From an uncultured Chthonomonadaceae bacterium (GTDB lineage: Bacteria > Armatimonadota > Chthonomonadetes > Chthonomonadales > Chthonomonadaceae), in contig CAWFQB010000005.1 of NCBI GenBank assembly GCA_963817895.1, forward strand, positions 480,001 to 544,000: a DNA stretch of 64,000 bases. Reading direction: 5' to 3'. Positions 47,459 to 58,562 of this stretch are shown piece after piece (position 1 is the first letter of the stretch; each line of letters starts with the position of its first letter). The translations under genes and the position numbers were made by a program. The notes beneath the pieces were generated by a model. It did no database searches. It was not told the DNA's origin and was given only the letters and a program-made list of their open reading frames with translations.

Positions 47459-50055
47459 CAGCGTCCCCCTCCCGCTCCCGCGCCTGCTCCACCACCGGTG
47501 GCTCCACCGGCGCCGGTACCCACTCCCGCCCCGACTCCGCTTCCACCGATACCACCGGCCCCTGTCCCGCCGGCGGCTCCCGTACCCTGACTGGTTCCGG
47601 TTCCCGTGCCGTTGACGCCGTTCGGCCCGGTTCCGGCTCCGGGCGTATTATTGCCGTTGCCCATACCGCCGTTTGGCCCGTTTCCGTTTTGCCCGCCGAA
47701 GCCGCCGTTATTGTTGCCGTTGTTGCCCATGCTTGCATTGTTGCCGGAACCGTTATTCCCGTTGGAATTGCCGTTGTTACCGCTGTTGCCGTTATTGCTG
47801 CCGTTTCCGTTGGGGCCGGAACCGTTGTTCAGACCGCTGCCGGGGCCATTGCCCATACCGGTATTCGGGCCGTTGTTCTGGCCGTTGTTCTGGCCGTTGG
47901 AGTTGAACGAACCCGCGCCCGGATTGGCAAGGTTGTTGGGGTTGTTGGAATTTCCTCCGCCGTTTCCCTGACCACTCCCGCCGCCGTTCTGCATCCCGCC
48001 CGTATTCATGCCGTTGTTCATGCCGCCGTTCATTTGCCCGGAGTTCGCGCCGCCGTTGCCGCCCGAACTGTTTCCGCCGCCGTTGAAACTGCCGTTACCG
48101 CCGGAATTGTCCATTCCGCCGCCGTTGCCGCTGTTGCCGCCGTTGAAGGAACCGACGCTGCCGCCGGACGCTCCCATGCCGTTCTGACCGCCGCCGTTGC
48201 CATTCCCGGAACCACTGCCGGAACCGTCGGCCTGACGATTGCTGTCGTTCTTCGCTCCCTCACCACCCGTCGTGATAACCGCAGTGACCGACATGCCCTG
48301 CCGCAAACCGCGAATCTCTTTTTCGGTGGCAAATTTGTTATCGTCGCCGCTGCTTGCCGCCACCAGTTCAATTCGCACGGGGATGCGCTGCACCACTTTG
48401 GTAAAGTTGCCGGTCGCGTTGTCGGGCGGAAGCAGGGAGGTGGCCGCGCCCGTCGCCTCGTTGACGCTGCGAACCCGCCCCTTGAAAACTCTGCCGGGGA
48501 AGGCGTCCACTTCGATTTCGGCGTCCTGTCCGGGCCGCACGTCCGTCAATTGCGTCTCCTTGAAGTTGGCCTGCACCCACACGTATTCGCCCTGAGTCAT
48601 GGTGAAAATGGACTGTCCGGGGGCTAAGGACGCGCCGACATTGGTTGTTTTGCGGACAACTACGCCGTCGTTGGGCGCGAAGATAGCCGCGTCTCCCAGC
48701 GTGATCTGCGCGTTGGCAAGCTGCGCCTGCGCCTGCTGCGCCTGCGCCCGATAGGTTTCTATCTGCCGTCGCCGCGCTTCCACCTGCTCCTGCCCCGCCT
48801 GCGCCGCCTCTATGTCCGCCCGATTTTCGCCGGTCTGCGTGGTAGCTGCGGCAAGATTGGCGGCCTGAACCCCGACCTGCGCGAGATTGGCCCTTGCCAG
48901 TCCCAACCCGGCCTGCGCCACAGCCACCTGTTCGCGGGCAACTCGAACCTGCTGTCCGGCGGCATCGGCGGCTTTTTGCGCGGCCCGCTGCTGCGCCTGC
49001 GCCTGGCTCACGCTTTTACGCGCCTGCTCTACCTGCGACTGCGCCTGCCGGACACTGGCCCGCGCCTGTTCTACCTGCGACTGCGCTTCTTCCGTTTGCG
49101 ACTGGCTGGCCTGCAAATTGGCCGCCGCGTTACGGGCCTGCGCCCGCGCGTTGTCGTACACCTGCGCGGAAACGGCGTCCTGCGCGTACAGAACGCGATA
49201 CCGCGCCTCGTCCTTACCCGTTCGCTCGGCCTCGGTTTGCGCAGCCTGAACCCGCGCCTGGGCCGCCTGCACCGCTTTTTGCGCGGTCTGCACCTGCTGC
49301 TCATAGTTCTGCAAAGCGGCCTGCGAAGTTTGAATGGCCTGCTGGAAGTTTTCCACATTGGCCTGCGCCGCGCTTGCCTGCGCCTGCGCCTGCGCCGCGT
49401 TTGCCTGCGCCGCCTGGGTTTGCGCCTGCGCCGTGCCAACCTGACTTTGCGCCTGCAGCACCTGATTGCGCGTTGTGCCGGTTGTCAGGCCGACCTGCGC
49501 CTGCGCGCCGGATGTTTTCGCCTGCTGCGAACTCAACCCGGCCTGCGCGCGGCTGATGGCGGCTTTGGTCGCCAGTTGTTGATAGCGCAGATTGCGCTCG
49601 GCTTGCGGTATCTGGCTCAGGGCGGCGGTGTAATTGGCCTGCGCCTGTCGCAAACTCGCCTGCGGTCCGGCAGGGTCCAAACGGGCCACTAGCTGCCCTC
49701 GATGCACCACATTGCCCTCATCCACCAGTAACTGCTGTAGTGTGCCGCTGACGATGGGGCTGACGCTGACCAGATTGCCCGTCACATAGGCGTCGTCCGT
49801 AGACACATGCGAGTGCGAGTAGTTCCAGTAGCGGATGCCCCACGGAACGCCGAAAATCAGCGCGAGAATGCCAAGCCCCATAAGCAGCGGCTTGACCCAC
49901 GCGGGACGCTTTTTTTCTTCTTTGCCGTTTCCATTAGCAGGGTTCGGATCGCCTGCGGGCGGCTTGTTGGCCTCCTGCGCGGGAGGCGCGTTCTCATCGG
50001 CGTTTGCGTTGGCGGAGGAAACGTTCTTTTCGGGAGTATCATCGGTTGACGGCAT
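47458..50055 (-). CDS. HlyD/EmrA periplasmic adaptor with a long Gln/Ala coil and ~265-aa Gly/Asn tail
   Basis: TM, STDDAYV, ANFKETQL, LLPPDNATGNFTKVVQRIPVRI; AAGGA RBS before ATG 50055. Confidence 0.9.
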   Translation of the reverse strand: MPSTDDTPEKNVSSANANADENAPPAQEANKPPAGDPNPANGNGKEEKKRPAWVKPLLMGLGILALIFGVPWGIRYWNYSHSHVSTDDAYVTGNLVSVSPIVSGTLQQLLVDEGNVVHRGQLVARLDPAGPQASLRQAQANYTAALSQIPQAERNLRYQQLATKAAISRAQAGLSSQQAKTSGAQAQVGLTTGTTRNQVLQAQSQVGTAQAQTQAAQANAAQAQAQASAAQANVENFQQAIQTSQAALQNYEQQVQTAQKAVQAAQARVQAAQTEAERTGKDEARYRVLYAQDAVSAQVYDNARAQARNAAANLQASQSQTEEAQSQVEQARASVRQAQSQVEQARKSVSQAQAQQRAAQKAADAAGQQVRVAREQVAVAQAGLGLARANLAQVGVQAANLAAATTQTGENRADIEAAQAGQEQVEARRRQIETYRAQAQQAQAQLANAQITLGDAAIFAPNDGVVVRKTTNVGASLAPGQSIFTMTQGEYVWVQANFKETQLTDVRPGQDAEIEVDAFPGRVFKGRVRSVNEATGAATSLLPPDNATGNFTKVVQRIPVRIELVAASSGDDNKFATEKEIRGLRQGMSVTAVITTGGEGAKNDSNRQADGSGSGSGNGNGGGQNGMGASGGSVGSFNGGNSGNGGGMDNSGGNGSFNGGGNSSGGNGGANSGQMNGGMNNGMNTGGMQNGGGSGQGNGGGNSNNPNNLANPGAGSFNSNGQNNGQNNGPNTGMGNGPGSGLNNGSGPNGNGSNNGNSGNNGNSNGNNGSGNNASMGNNGNNNGGFGGQNGNGPNGGMGNGNNTPGAGTGPNGVNGTGTGTSQGTGAAGGTGAGGIGGSGVGAGVGTGAGGATGGGAGAGAGGGR

Positions 50056-50198
50056 AATGCGTGTCCTTACAAAATCCGGCTTATAAAAAGCCGGTTTTAC
50101 GGCCTTCGGCCAGTCGTCCTGTGGACGAGATGCTCTCACTGTGATGGCCTGCTCCAAAATGAGAGTTACTGTATTTTTTGAACTCACAAACTCAGGCG

Positions 50199-50804
50199 TC
50201 AGAGGCGCGTATTCAAGCCCGTGAGTACGAGATCAATAACTTGCTGCGCGCGGATGGCGATTTCCTCGCGGGAACCGAGTTCGCGCGGCGATAAATTGGT
50301 GGGACTAAGCCCGCTCACGCAGGTAATCAGTGTTTGCGCCGCGCTGTCCGCGTTGTCGCAGGCGAAAACCCCCTGATCGCAGCCCTCCTGAATGACAACG
50401 GCAAGCAGTTGGGCCAGTTCCGCGTTCCATTCGTCGCGGCGGGAAAGCACGACCGCGCGCAGGGACGCCAGTGTTTCGTCCAGACTTTGCCGATAGCGAC
50501 ACGCCGAATCAAACCCGCTCAATACAATTCCCGCAACCATCTGCCGCAGTCGCGCTTCCGGGGGCGCGTCCGCGGCAAGAATAGCGCGGCACTGCTCCAG
50601 AATCACCTTGCGCTTGCGATCTACAACGGAAAGGGCAACATCTTCCTTGCTGTTGAAATAGCCGTAAATGGTGGCTTTGCCGATTTGCGCCTCCTGCGCA
50701 ATGTCGTCCATTGTCATTTTACGGTAGCCGTGCCACTCCATCAGGCGCATGGCGGCATCCAGAATAGCTTCGCGCACATCTGAGGGCGCGGCAACGCGGG
50801 GCAT
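50199..50804 (-). CDS. TetR-family regulator
   Basis: ILDAA..GY..TMDDIAQEAQIGKATIYGYFNSKED. Confidence 0.92.
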   Translation of the reverse strand: MPRVAAPSDVREAILDAAMRLMEWHGYRKMTMDDIAQEAQIGKATIYGYFNSKEDVALSVVDRKRKVILEQCRAILAADAPPEARLRQMVAGIVLSGFDSACRYRQSLDETLASLRAVVLSRRDEWNAELAQLLAVVIQEGCDQGVFACDNADSAAQTLITCVSGLSPTNLSPRELGSREEIAIRAQQVIDLVLTGLNTRL

Positions 50805-50832
50805 ACTTCCTCCTCTGACTATCGGCCTATTC

Positions 50833-50872
50833 CGACCAAAACAGTTTTTTGTTCGTAATGATACTTACGAAC
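50833..50872. promoter_or_regulatory. Overlapping palindromes, candidate TetR operators
   Basis: CGACCAAAA-N5-TTTTGTTCG and perfect GTTCGTAA-N6-TTACGAAC, 30-70 bp upstream of tetR. Confidence 0.5.
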
Positions 50873-50922
50873 CACTCGCGGGCAAAGTTCTGTATAATGA
50901 GATAATAGTTTTGAAATCCGAT

Positions 50923-50963
50923 AAAAAGCCCGCCGCTTGATGATTTATCAAGCGGCGGGTTTT
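50923..50963 (-). terminator. Rho-independent terminator after glnK
   Basis: Stem CCCGCCGCTTGAT/ATCAAGCGGCGGG flanked by A and T tracts. Confidence 0.8.
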
Positions 50964-50988
50964 GGTTTTGTGAGATTGAGGGAACGCC

Positions 50989-51331
<343 letters not shown>

Positions 51332-51382
51332 GTTACGGCCTCTTTTCTTCCGTTCAGGCTTGCAGCCCTTGCGCAGCCAGAT

Positions 51383-53036
51383 TTATAACGAGTCTACGCG
51401 GGGACTGGTTTGCGACGCGCTGACGGCGGCCAACCCGCCGTCATGGGGAACAGCCCCGTGCGCGGTTGCCGCATCCACAAGCGCGAATTCAGGGTAGGCG
51501 GGAATGCCATGCTCATGCACGTCCAGACCTTCCAGTTCGCCCTCGCGGGAGACGCGCAGTAGCCCGGTAGACTTTACCGCAAGCATCAGGACCATCGCAA
51601 CCACAAAGGTACAGATGGTAATGATCGCGCTGCCGATGAACTGCGCTTTCAGCACCGTCAGGCCGCCGTGATAGAACAGCCCTGTCAGCACCGCGCCGGA
51701 GGAGTTGTCCGGGCCGGTCGCGCCGGACGCGCCGAACTGCCCGCTGGCGAACAGGCCGAGCGAAAGCGTTCCCCAGATGCCGCAGAAGCCATGTACGGGA
51801 ACCGCGCCGATGGGATCATCAATGCGCAGCTATTCCAGCAGGTTCACGCCCATAACCACGATCACGCCCGCAACCGCGCCCAGAATGACGGCTCCCGTCG
51901 GCGTCACCCAGTAGCAGGGGCAGGTGATGGCGACCAGGCCGGCAAGGAAGCCGTTGACGGTGAAGCCCAGGTCCCACTTTTTCGTCTGCGGGTAGGCATA
52001 GAACATCGCCGCCAGGCCCGCCCGCGCAGGCCGCAAGCGTGGTGTTCGTCGCGACGCGCCCGATGCCCTGAAAGTCCATCGCCGAAAGCGTGCTGCCCGG
52101 ATTGAAGCCGTACCAGCCGAACCAGAGGATCAGGCCGCCGACAGCGGCGATCACCAGGTCATGCGGCAGCATGGGGCCGCCGCCGTCGCGCTTGAAGCGC
52201 CGCCCCAGACGCGGGCCAAGCACAATGGAACCCGCAAGGGCGATAAAGCCGCCGATGGTATGCACGACAGTGGAACCGGCGAAGTCGTGGAAACTGGTCC
52301 CAGACCCAGGGCAGCATGTGCCCGTCGCTGCCCATCGTGTTCAGCAAGCCATCCGGCCCCCACGCCCAGTGGCCGATGATCGGATAGATGAAACCGGATA
52401 CGCCCACGCTGTAGAGCAGGTCGCCGATCAAGCCCGTTCGCCCGATCATGGCGCCCGACGTGATGGTGGAGCAGGTATCGGCAAACGCGAACTGGAACAG
52501 CCAGAAGGCCAGGAACGCCACGCCGGTTGTCTCGTAGGTGGCGGGCGCATTCGCAGGAAGAACCAGTTCGCGCCCTTATCCGCGCCCCAGCCGATCCAGC
52601 CGTTGCCGTGTCCGAACATGAACGCGAAGCCGAACGCCCAGAACAGCATGCCGCACAAACAGGTATCCACGATACACTCCATCAGCACGTTGACGGTTTC
52701 GCGCGAACGGCAGAAGCCGGCTTCCAGCATCGTAAACCCGACCTGCATTCCGAAGACGAGGAACGCGGCCAGCAGCACCCAGACGGTGTTGAGCGGATTG
52801 ACGATGTCGTTGCCCTTGAGAACCGGATCATCGGCATGGGCCGCGCCGCCCCGGAAGGCGGTGAACAGCGCGAAACAGGTAATCAGAATGGCGATGGCCG
52901 TGACTTTGCCCAGCATCACCAGATACGCATACCGCCGCCATTCCGGCTGGCGCATGCGCTCCGCCAGTCGGACAAACTTGCGTCCGCGCGAAATTTTTTC
53001 CGCGCCCTCGACAGGATTTTGGATTGATTTTCTCAT
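51383..53036 (-). CDS. amtB: Ammonium transporter (several indels)
   Basis: LVFGMQVGFTMLEAG, FQFAFA, YPIIGHWAWG, WFGWYGFNPGS, NGFLAGLVAIT, GLDVHEHG spread across frames. Confidence 0.9.
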
Positions 53037-53087
53037 AAAACTCACGATTGCGTTTCTCCCTTCAAAAGTGCCGAAGCGAAGAGCAGG

Positions 53088-53180
53088 TAGATAGTAGATA
53101 GGAGATACGAGATACGAGTAAATACCCTGCAAAAGGTCAGCATCCTTCTCGTATCTCCTATCTCGTATCTTGTATCTCCT
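53088..53180. repeat. Inverted pair of AGATACG-type heptamer arrays
   Basis: GGAGATACGAGATACGAG ... CTCGTATCTCCTATCTCGTATCTTGTATCTCC between the porin gene and amtB. Confidence 0.8.
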
Positions 53181-54769
53181 CAAAATTTGTAAGCCGCGCT
53201 GCCGTAGATGGTGTCCTGATCGCGGACGGCGTTGCTTCCCGCGCCGAAGAAGTTCTGGTTGGAAGCGTCGTGGCGGTACTCCAGGCGCGAGATCAGATGC
53301 CCGCGCAGCAGAGCGTATTCCAGCGTTACGGTTCCTTCGCGCAGGCGGTTATAGCCCACAGCCCCTGTGCGCAGCCCCCCGCTTGTCCTCGAACTGCTCG
53401 ATGCGTCCGGCAAGCGCCAGTTTCGGGGTGAGCTGATAGCGCGCATATCCACCCAGACCGAGCCATGTGCCGGAAACATGCGTCTGTCCACTGCCCCCGG
53501 CAGTTGTCACCAGGGTATGCCCCGACGCGGTTCCATAGTCCACGATGCCGGAGAGTTTGAGCGCGGGAGTGGCCTGAAAAATGCCCTGCGCCTCATACAC
53601 GTAGGTGTTGATGCCCGCCTTGTTCTTGGGAGCGAGAACGGGGCCATACGCGCCCGTGCCTTCGCTGCCGCCGATGAAGCCGAAGATGCCCGTCAGCGTA
53701 CTGGTAGGTTTCCAGGTAAACTGCGCGATAGCGGTTTTGCCGTCGTTGTCGTCGGCGATGTTGTTCCAGCCGTTCACCCCCGCCGCAGCAGTTGCAGTTT
53801 GGAAGAAAAGGGGACGGTTGCGCGAAAACCCGCATGGTAGAGCGGAATGGCGTACTGGAAGCCGAAACTGCGCGAGTAGTTGTCGTTGCTCGTGCTTTCG
53901 ATGACTTCCAGGCCAAGCGGCGTGACGAAAATGCCGCCGTCAATGGCAATGTCGCGCCCGCCCGCATGAATGGTTTTGGTCAGGTACAACTGCTGCAACG
54001 TTTGCCAACTGCTCGTGCCGCCGGGTTCCGTGGCATGGACCAGACGGGCGGTATCGCCCAGCGTCAGCGTAGCGGTGACACCCAGCGGAAAGCCTTTGCC
54101 TTCGGTGCGGTTGATGTTGAACTCGCCCAGGCTGAATGAGGGTTCGCGGTCATTGATATCGAAGGAGCGTCCCACGTTGTCAATGCCGAAGCGTTCGCCG
54201 TTGGGGAACACTAAGCCGGTATAGGATTTGCCGAAGGGACCTCCACCCGCGGGGCTGTGGGGGGCGCGGGCATTGACGCCGAAGTACACGTCAATGAGGC
54301 CGGAGTACGTCACGGTTCCCGGCGGCGTGGCAGCAGGCGCGGCGGGCGCGGCGGGCGTTTGCGCAGGCTGGCCTTCGGCAGGCTTTTGCGGCGGCGTACT
54401 CGTCTGCGGCGGATTGTTCTGCGCGGGCGCGTCCTGCGCGCGGGCAATCAGGGTGTTGGGAGTGGAGGGAGTTTCTTTTCCCTTTTCCCTTTTCCCTTTT
54501 CCCTCTTCCTTTGTCGGAGCGGGCGCGTCGGATTTTGTCTCCCTGTCTCCCTGTCTCCCTGTCTCCGTATTGGTTTTGGGCGCGTCTTCGGCGCGGGCCA
54601 TTCGCAAACCGCCGGTCAGCAGGGCGCAGGACAACAGCGAGAGAGTCAGCAGCGGGCGCGAATGTTGCAGGCGTCCGGCAGGGCTGGCCGAAGGGGAAAT
54701 AGCGCGACGAGAATTCAAGCGTCGGGAAGCGCGAAAGCGCGGATGGCCTTGCAAGGTACACAGGTTCAC
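53180..54769 (-). CDS. Outer-membrane beta-barrel porin (BBP2-like; indels)
   Basis: SGLIDVYF, LQQLYL, G-x-FVTPLGLEVIES..NDNYSRS, NGWNN, RLEYRHD, terminal YKF; GAGGAG RBS before GTG 54769. Confidence 0.78.
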
Positions 54770-54927
54770 GTAGGGTTCTCCTCTGAGATGATGAGAGCGG
54801 CTGGATGGCGCCGAAACGCCGAAACTACCTTCGCAGCCAGGGGCGATATATGACAATCTACAAACAGGAAAATAGGGAGGCGTTCGGAAAGGCTTCAGGC
54901 ATGAAGCAGGCCGGAACGAAAAGCGCG

Positions 54928-55051
54928 GACAACGACGCCGTTGTCAAGATAAACTTTGGAATTTAGAGGTGGAGCATGGCGACATCGCCACAGCAGTTTT
55001 CGGCGTCAATGCCGGCAACTGTTTGGTGTGTATGCTGCGGCGTCCTGCCGC
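54928..55051 (-). promoter_or_regulatory. ANTAR-target hairpin array in the porin-amtB-glnK leader
   Basis: CGGC-ATTGAC-GCCG (55014-55001), TGGC-GATGTC-GCCA (54990-54977), GAC-AACGGC-GTC (54945-54934) overlapping a longer stem. Confidence 0.68.
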
Positions 55052-55240
55052 GAACGGGCGCGATGGGGTAAATACGCCCGATACAAACGAACAGAAACAG
55101 GCTGGTGGCCTGTCTGTCCACGCGCCTCACAGACGGGAATGTGTCTGTGAGCGGGGAGGAAGGGGTAAGGGGTAAGGGATAAGGGATAAGAACATAATCC
55201 CTGTAAACCTGAAACCTTAGAACCCTAACAACTTAACAAC

Positions 55241-55849
55241 CTAACGACTGCGCTGCGCCTGCGGCAGTTCGTCACAGATATTGGATGTGAGCAGGATACA
55301 CTCGGCGATTTCGCGCAGGGGGCGCTCGGTGGATAGCGCCTGCGCGTTCAAGCGGCGGAACGCTTCCTGATCGCTGATATTGTGCCGCTCCATTAAGACC
55401 CGTTTGGCGCGTCCCACAAGCCGTCCGGTTTCGATCTGGTCCTGCGCATCGTCCCGCGAACCTTCCAGCGCGCGCATTTCGCGATACCGGGCAATGGCTA
55501 TTTCTACGGCGGGCTGTATCTCCTGCTGCCGGTAGGGCTTGACGAGGTACGCGAGGACGCCTGCCCGACTCGCCTGCTCGATGAGCGGCGTGTCGCTGTA
55601 GGCAGTCAGCAGAATCACAGGGCCGAGGCGTTCCTGATTGATAGCCTCTGCCGCTTCCAGGCCGTTTTTGCCGGGCATCATCACGTCCAGAATGGTCAGG
55701 TCGGGGCGCAGGCGGCGGGCGAGGACAAGGGCGGCTTCGCCGTTGTCCGCTTCGCCAATCACGACATGCCCCAACGCTTCCAGGATCGCGCGCAGGTCCA
55801 GGCGCAGTACGGCTTCATCGTCCGCAATCAGTATCCGTCCCTGGTGCAT
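55241..55849 (-). CDS. REC-ANTAR response regulator (NasT/PdtaR-like)
   Basis: ILIADDE, LDVMMP, YLVKP; VGRAKRVLM....SDQEAFRRL ANTAR motif. Confidence 0.92.
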   Translation of the reverse strand: MHQGRILIADDEAVLRLDLRAILEALGHVVIGEADNGEAALVLARRLRPDLTILDVMMPGKNGLEAAEAINQERLGPVILLTAYSDTPLIEQASRAGVLAYLVKPYRQQEIQPAVEIAIARYREMRALEGSRDDAQDQIETGRLVGRAKRVLMERHNISDQEAFRRLNAQALSTERPLREIAECILLTSNICDELPQAQRSR

Positions 55850-56147
55850 AGTTCGTACGCTTCGGTCTTTCCAGATTTTTCAAACATCAGTAGCAGCATT
55901 GCCAGTGGAGCGAATTATAGCAGATATTCGCGTTCGTGTCAATTGCATGTCTGATTTTCCGTGAAATTGGACGAATTTAACTGTGGAAACGCCAATCTTC
56001 CCCGTAATCGCTGACAAAAACGCGAGGGGTACAGGCGTAATCCAGCACAATTGCGGTATTTTATTATTGGTGAGCGCAGGAGGAATCGGGCGCGGGGAGA
56101 ATATAGTCGCGCGTAGAACACAGTCTGAGAACCAACTGGAGGAGATT

Positions 56148-56921
56148 ATGAGCCTTGCCGATACGCCCGACGCGCCGACAAAAGCGACTGAACCATTTTT
56201 GAAGAGAAACAGGAGGGTTCTGATCGGGTTGCTTGTCAGTGCCGTTGTGATCGTCGGCCTGATGGCGGTGATGCTGTCCTATCATCCACGCTGGCACATG
56301 GTGACAGGAGTGGGGAAGCCGGGAACCTGGGTCAGCAGCGTGGAATGTCCCCAAGACTGGCAGCCGAGCGCACAGGACGCGCGAATGCGCAATATGGGCT
56401 TTACCGGCTTGACGGTCCGCCGTAGGCCGCTCACGGGCGTTTGGGCGTGGCTGAACCGCCTGATGCCACATCCATCGAATAACAAACCAGCGGAACTCCA
56501 CGTCTACGTCATGCCGAGAACACGATCCGCAAGCCGCGGCCAGCCCCTCCCTCCGGTCGGCAGTCATGCCGATCACGTACGCGATGCCGAGGCTACTATC
56601 CACAGTTTTGAGATGGCGTACAAACAGGGAGGATGGCGGATGCGGGGATATAAAATTTTCTGCGAACGGGTTTCGCATCCTCTCGGCCCCGCCATTGCCG
56701 TTTCTATGGAGAACCTGATGGCAGCGCCCGTAAATACGGGGGCAGGCAACAATGCCTTAACAAACGTTTCACGCCACGACTCGCTGTATATTGCGCCGAC
56801 CGAAGCCGGGGATTTCACAGGAATGATCAGCGTTTCGTATTCTGGCGCGCCGGAAGAGGCTGCCGCGCTGAAGCCAATCATGGAGCGCATGATGCGCAGC
56901 ATCCGCGTGGTGAAAAAATGA
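56148..56921 (+). CDS. Single-TM hypothetical protein (paralog A)
   Basis: GGAGGAG RBS; TM; motifs shared with the next gene. Confidence 0.65.
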   Translation: MSLADTPDAPTKATEPFLKRNRRVLIGLLVSAVVIVGLMAVMLSYHPRWHMVTGVGKPGTWVSSVECPQDWQPSAQDARMRNMGFTGLTVRRRPLTGVWAWLNRLMPHPSNNKPAELHVYVMPRTRSASRGQPLPPVGSHADHVRDAEATIHSFEMAYKQGGWRMRGYKIFCERVSHPLGPAIAVSMENLMAAPVNTGAGNNALTNVSRHDSLYIAPTEAGDFTGMISVSYSGAPEEAAALKPIMERMMRSIRVVKK

Positions 56922-57670
56922 CACTTGCCGCCACGCTCGCCACGCCCATTAAAGTGGCAAATCCACGCCAGAAAAAAATTAAGCGCGTACTGACCAGGAT
57001 GTTCGCCTGCGCTGTATTGTCTGGCTGCCTGCTGATTATTATGCTGGCAAGCCGCCCGCCGTGGCATACTGTGACAGGAACCGGCAAGCCGGGTGAATGG
57101 GTCGCGCGCGTGGAATGTCCTGAAGACTGGCAATTGGAAGCGAACCCGAATAGCGGGCGTTATGCAGAGGATACGACCCTGACTGTGCGCCGTAAACCGC
57201 TCACGGGCATGTGGGCATGGTGGAACAAGTTCGTGTTGCATCGCGCGGACAACAGCGCCCCAACAGAATTTCATGTTTGGGTGATGCCTCAAACGCGTTA
57301 TAATGTGCTGAATTATAGCCCTGCGCCGCCTGACGATCATGATGATGTCATCCGCAACGCCAATGCCGTTCTGGACGCCATTCAATCCATTGCGCAGAGT
57401 ATCAGGGCGCAGAGTACCACCTTTCAGCGTCGTTCTTACCCGCTGGGACCGGCGCTCTTTGTTTCGCAGCAACAGGCTGAATGGACAGTGCGCGGAAGTA
57501 ATATTGTAAATGTCACAAATCGTTATGATTCGCTTTATATTGCCCCCACAGAGGCGAAAGATTTCATGGGGCATGTAACGGTGACATGGCTGGCCCCTCC
57601 AGGCGAAGAAGCTGCGCTCAAACCCATCCTGGAGCGCATGACGCGCAGCATCCGTCTGGTGAAGCAATAA
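56918..57670 (+). CDS. Single-TM hypothetical protein (paralog B)
   Basis: ATGA overlap; WH.VTG.GKPG.WV..VECP.DWQ and DSLYIAPTEA shared with paralog A. Confidence 0.65.
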   Translation: MTLAATLATPIKVANPRQKKIKRVLTRMFACAVLSGCLLIIMLASRPPWHTVTGTGKPGEWVARVECPEDWQLEANPNSGRYAEDTTLTVRRKPLTGMWAWWNKFVLHRADNSAPTEFHVWVMPQTRYNVLNYSPAPPDDHDDVIRNANAVLDAIQSIAQSIRAQSTTFQRRSYPLGPALFVSQQQAEWTVRGSNIVNVTNRYDSLYIAPTEAKDFMGHVTVTWLAPPGEEAALKPILERMTRSIRLVKQ

Positions 57671-57692
57671 TCGTTTCCGGCAGAAAAGCGGC

Positions 57693-58326
57693 TTAACGCT
57701 TCAGCAGGGCAAAGGCTATGTTGGTTCCTGCGCCATACTTGAGCGCCATCGTGATCCACAGCCAGGCGGCGGCTTCCAGCAGGGGGGATTGCGTCAGCGG
57801 GCCGGAATCTTACGGGATCGAAGCCGAGTTCCGAGGCCAGTTGCGCCCCGATCTTTTTAGCGTCGGCATTATCCCCGCAATAAAACATCGCGGGAAGCTG
57901 CGACGCGAATTTAGAATCCGCCATGATGTTCGCGCCCGCCGTATTGAAAATCTTTACGACATTCGCGCCCGTCGCCCATTGCGCCACCATTTCACCCGCC
58001 GAGGTGGTATGCCCGATTTCCAGCCCGGAAAAGTCCGCTTTGATCGGGTTGGTGCAGTCGAACAGGGTTTTGCCCGCAAGATTGCCCATGCTGTAAACCG
58101 CGTCCTGCGCGGCCTGCCAGGGGACGGCAAGCGCCACCACGTCGCCAAACGCGGCGGCTTCGGCGGGCGTACCCGCCGTTGCCTGCGTTCCCAACTCGGT
58201 CAGCAGCGCGCCGATTTTGCTGGCAGCCGGGTCCGGCACTCCGAACTTCACCTGATGCCCGTTAGCAACCCATCCTTTCCCCAGCGCCCCGCCCACATTT
58301 CCCGCCCCGATGATGCCGATTTTCAT
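57693..58326 (-). CDS. NADP-dependent oxidoreductase, F420_oxidored family (indel near 57810)
   Basis: MKIGIIGAGNVG, LAVPW, DCTNP, VVKIFNT; true C-terminus LEAAAWLWI...ALLKR lies in another frame. Confidence 0.8.
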
Positions 58327-58503
58327 GTTTGCCCTGCCTCCTTTTGTTAAAACCAATCCGTTGTTTTCAGCCATCAGCGCTGCTTCAGGCCGACAGGCAC
58401 AGTATACTAAAACAGAGCGCCAAAAAGCATGTTTTCATGCCACTCGCAACACATTCTTCCCCCTCTTTCAGCCCCGCTCTTTCGGGCAGGCATTTTGAAG
58501 TAT

Positions 58504-58528
58504 GTAGGGCGGGGGCTTGTCCCCCGCC
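58504..58528 (+). repeat. Single GTAG-type REP
   Basis: GTAG-GGCGGGGG-CTTGT-CCCCCGCC. Confidence 0.55.
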
Positions 58529-58562
58529 GATGCGGTCTACGTTCCGCCAAAAAGGAAGCGTT

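Noticed and set aside
50848..50875. GTTCGTAA-N6-TTACGAAC as a third dif-like site
   Set aside because: It has the TAA-N6-TTA core but lies directly upstream of tetR with no compositional break; an operator is more likely.
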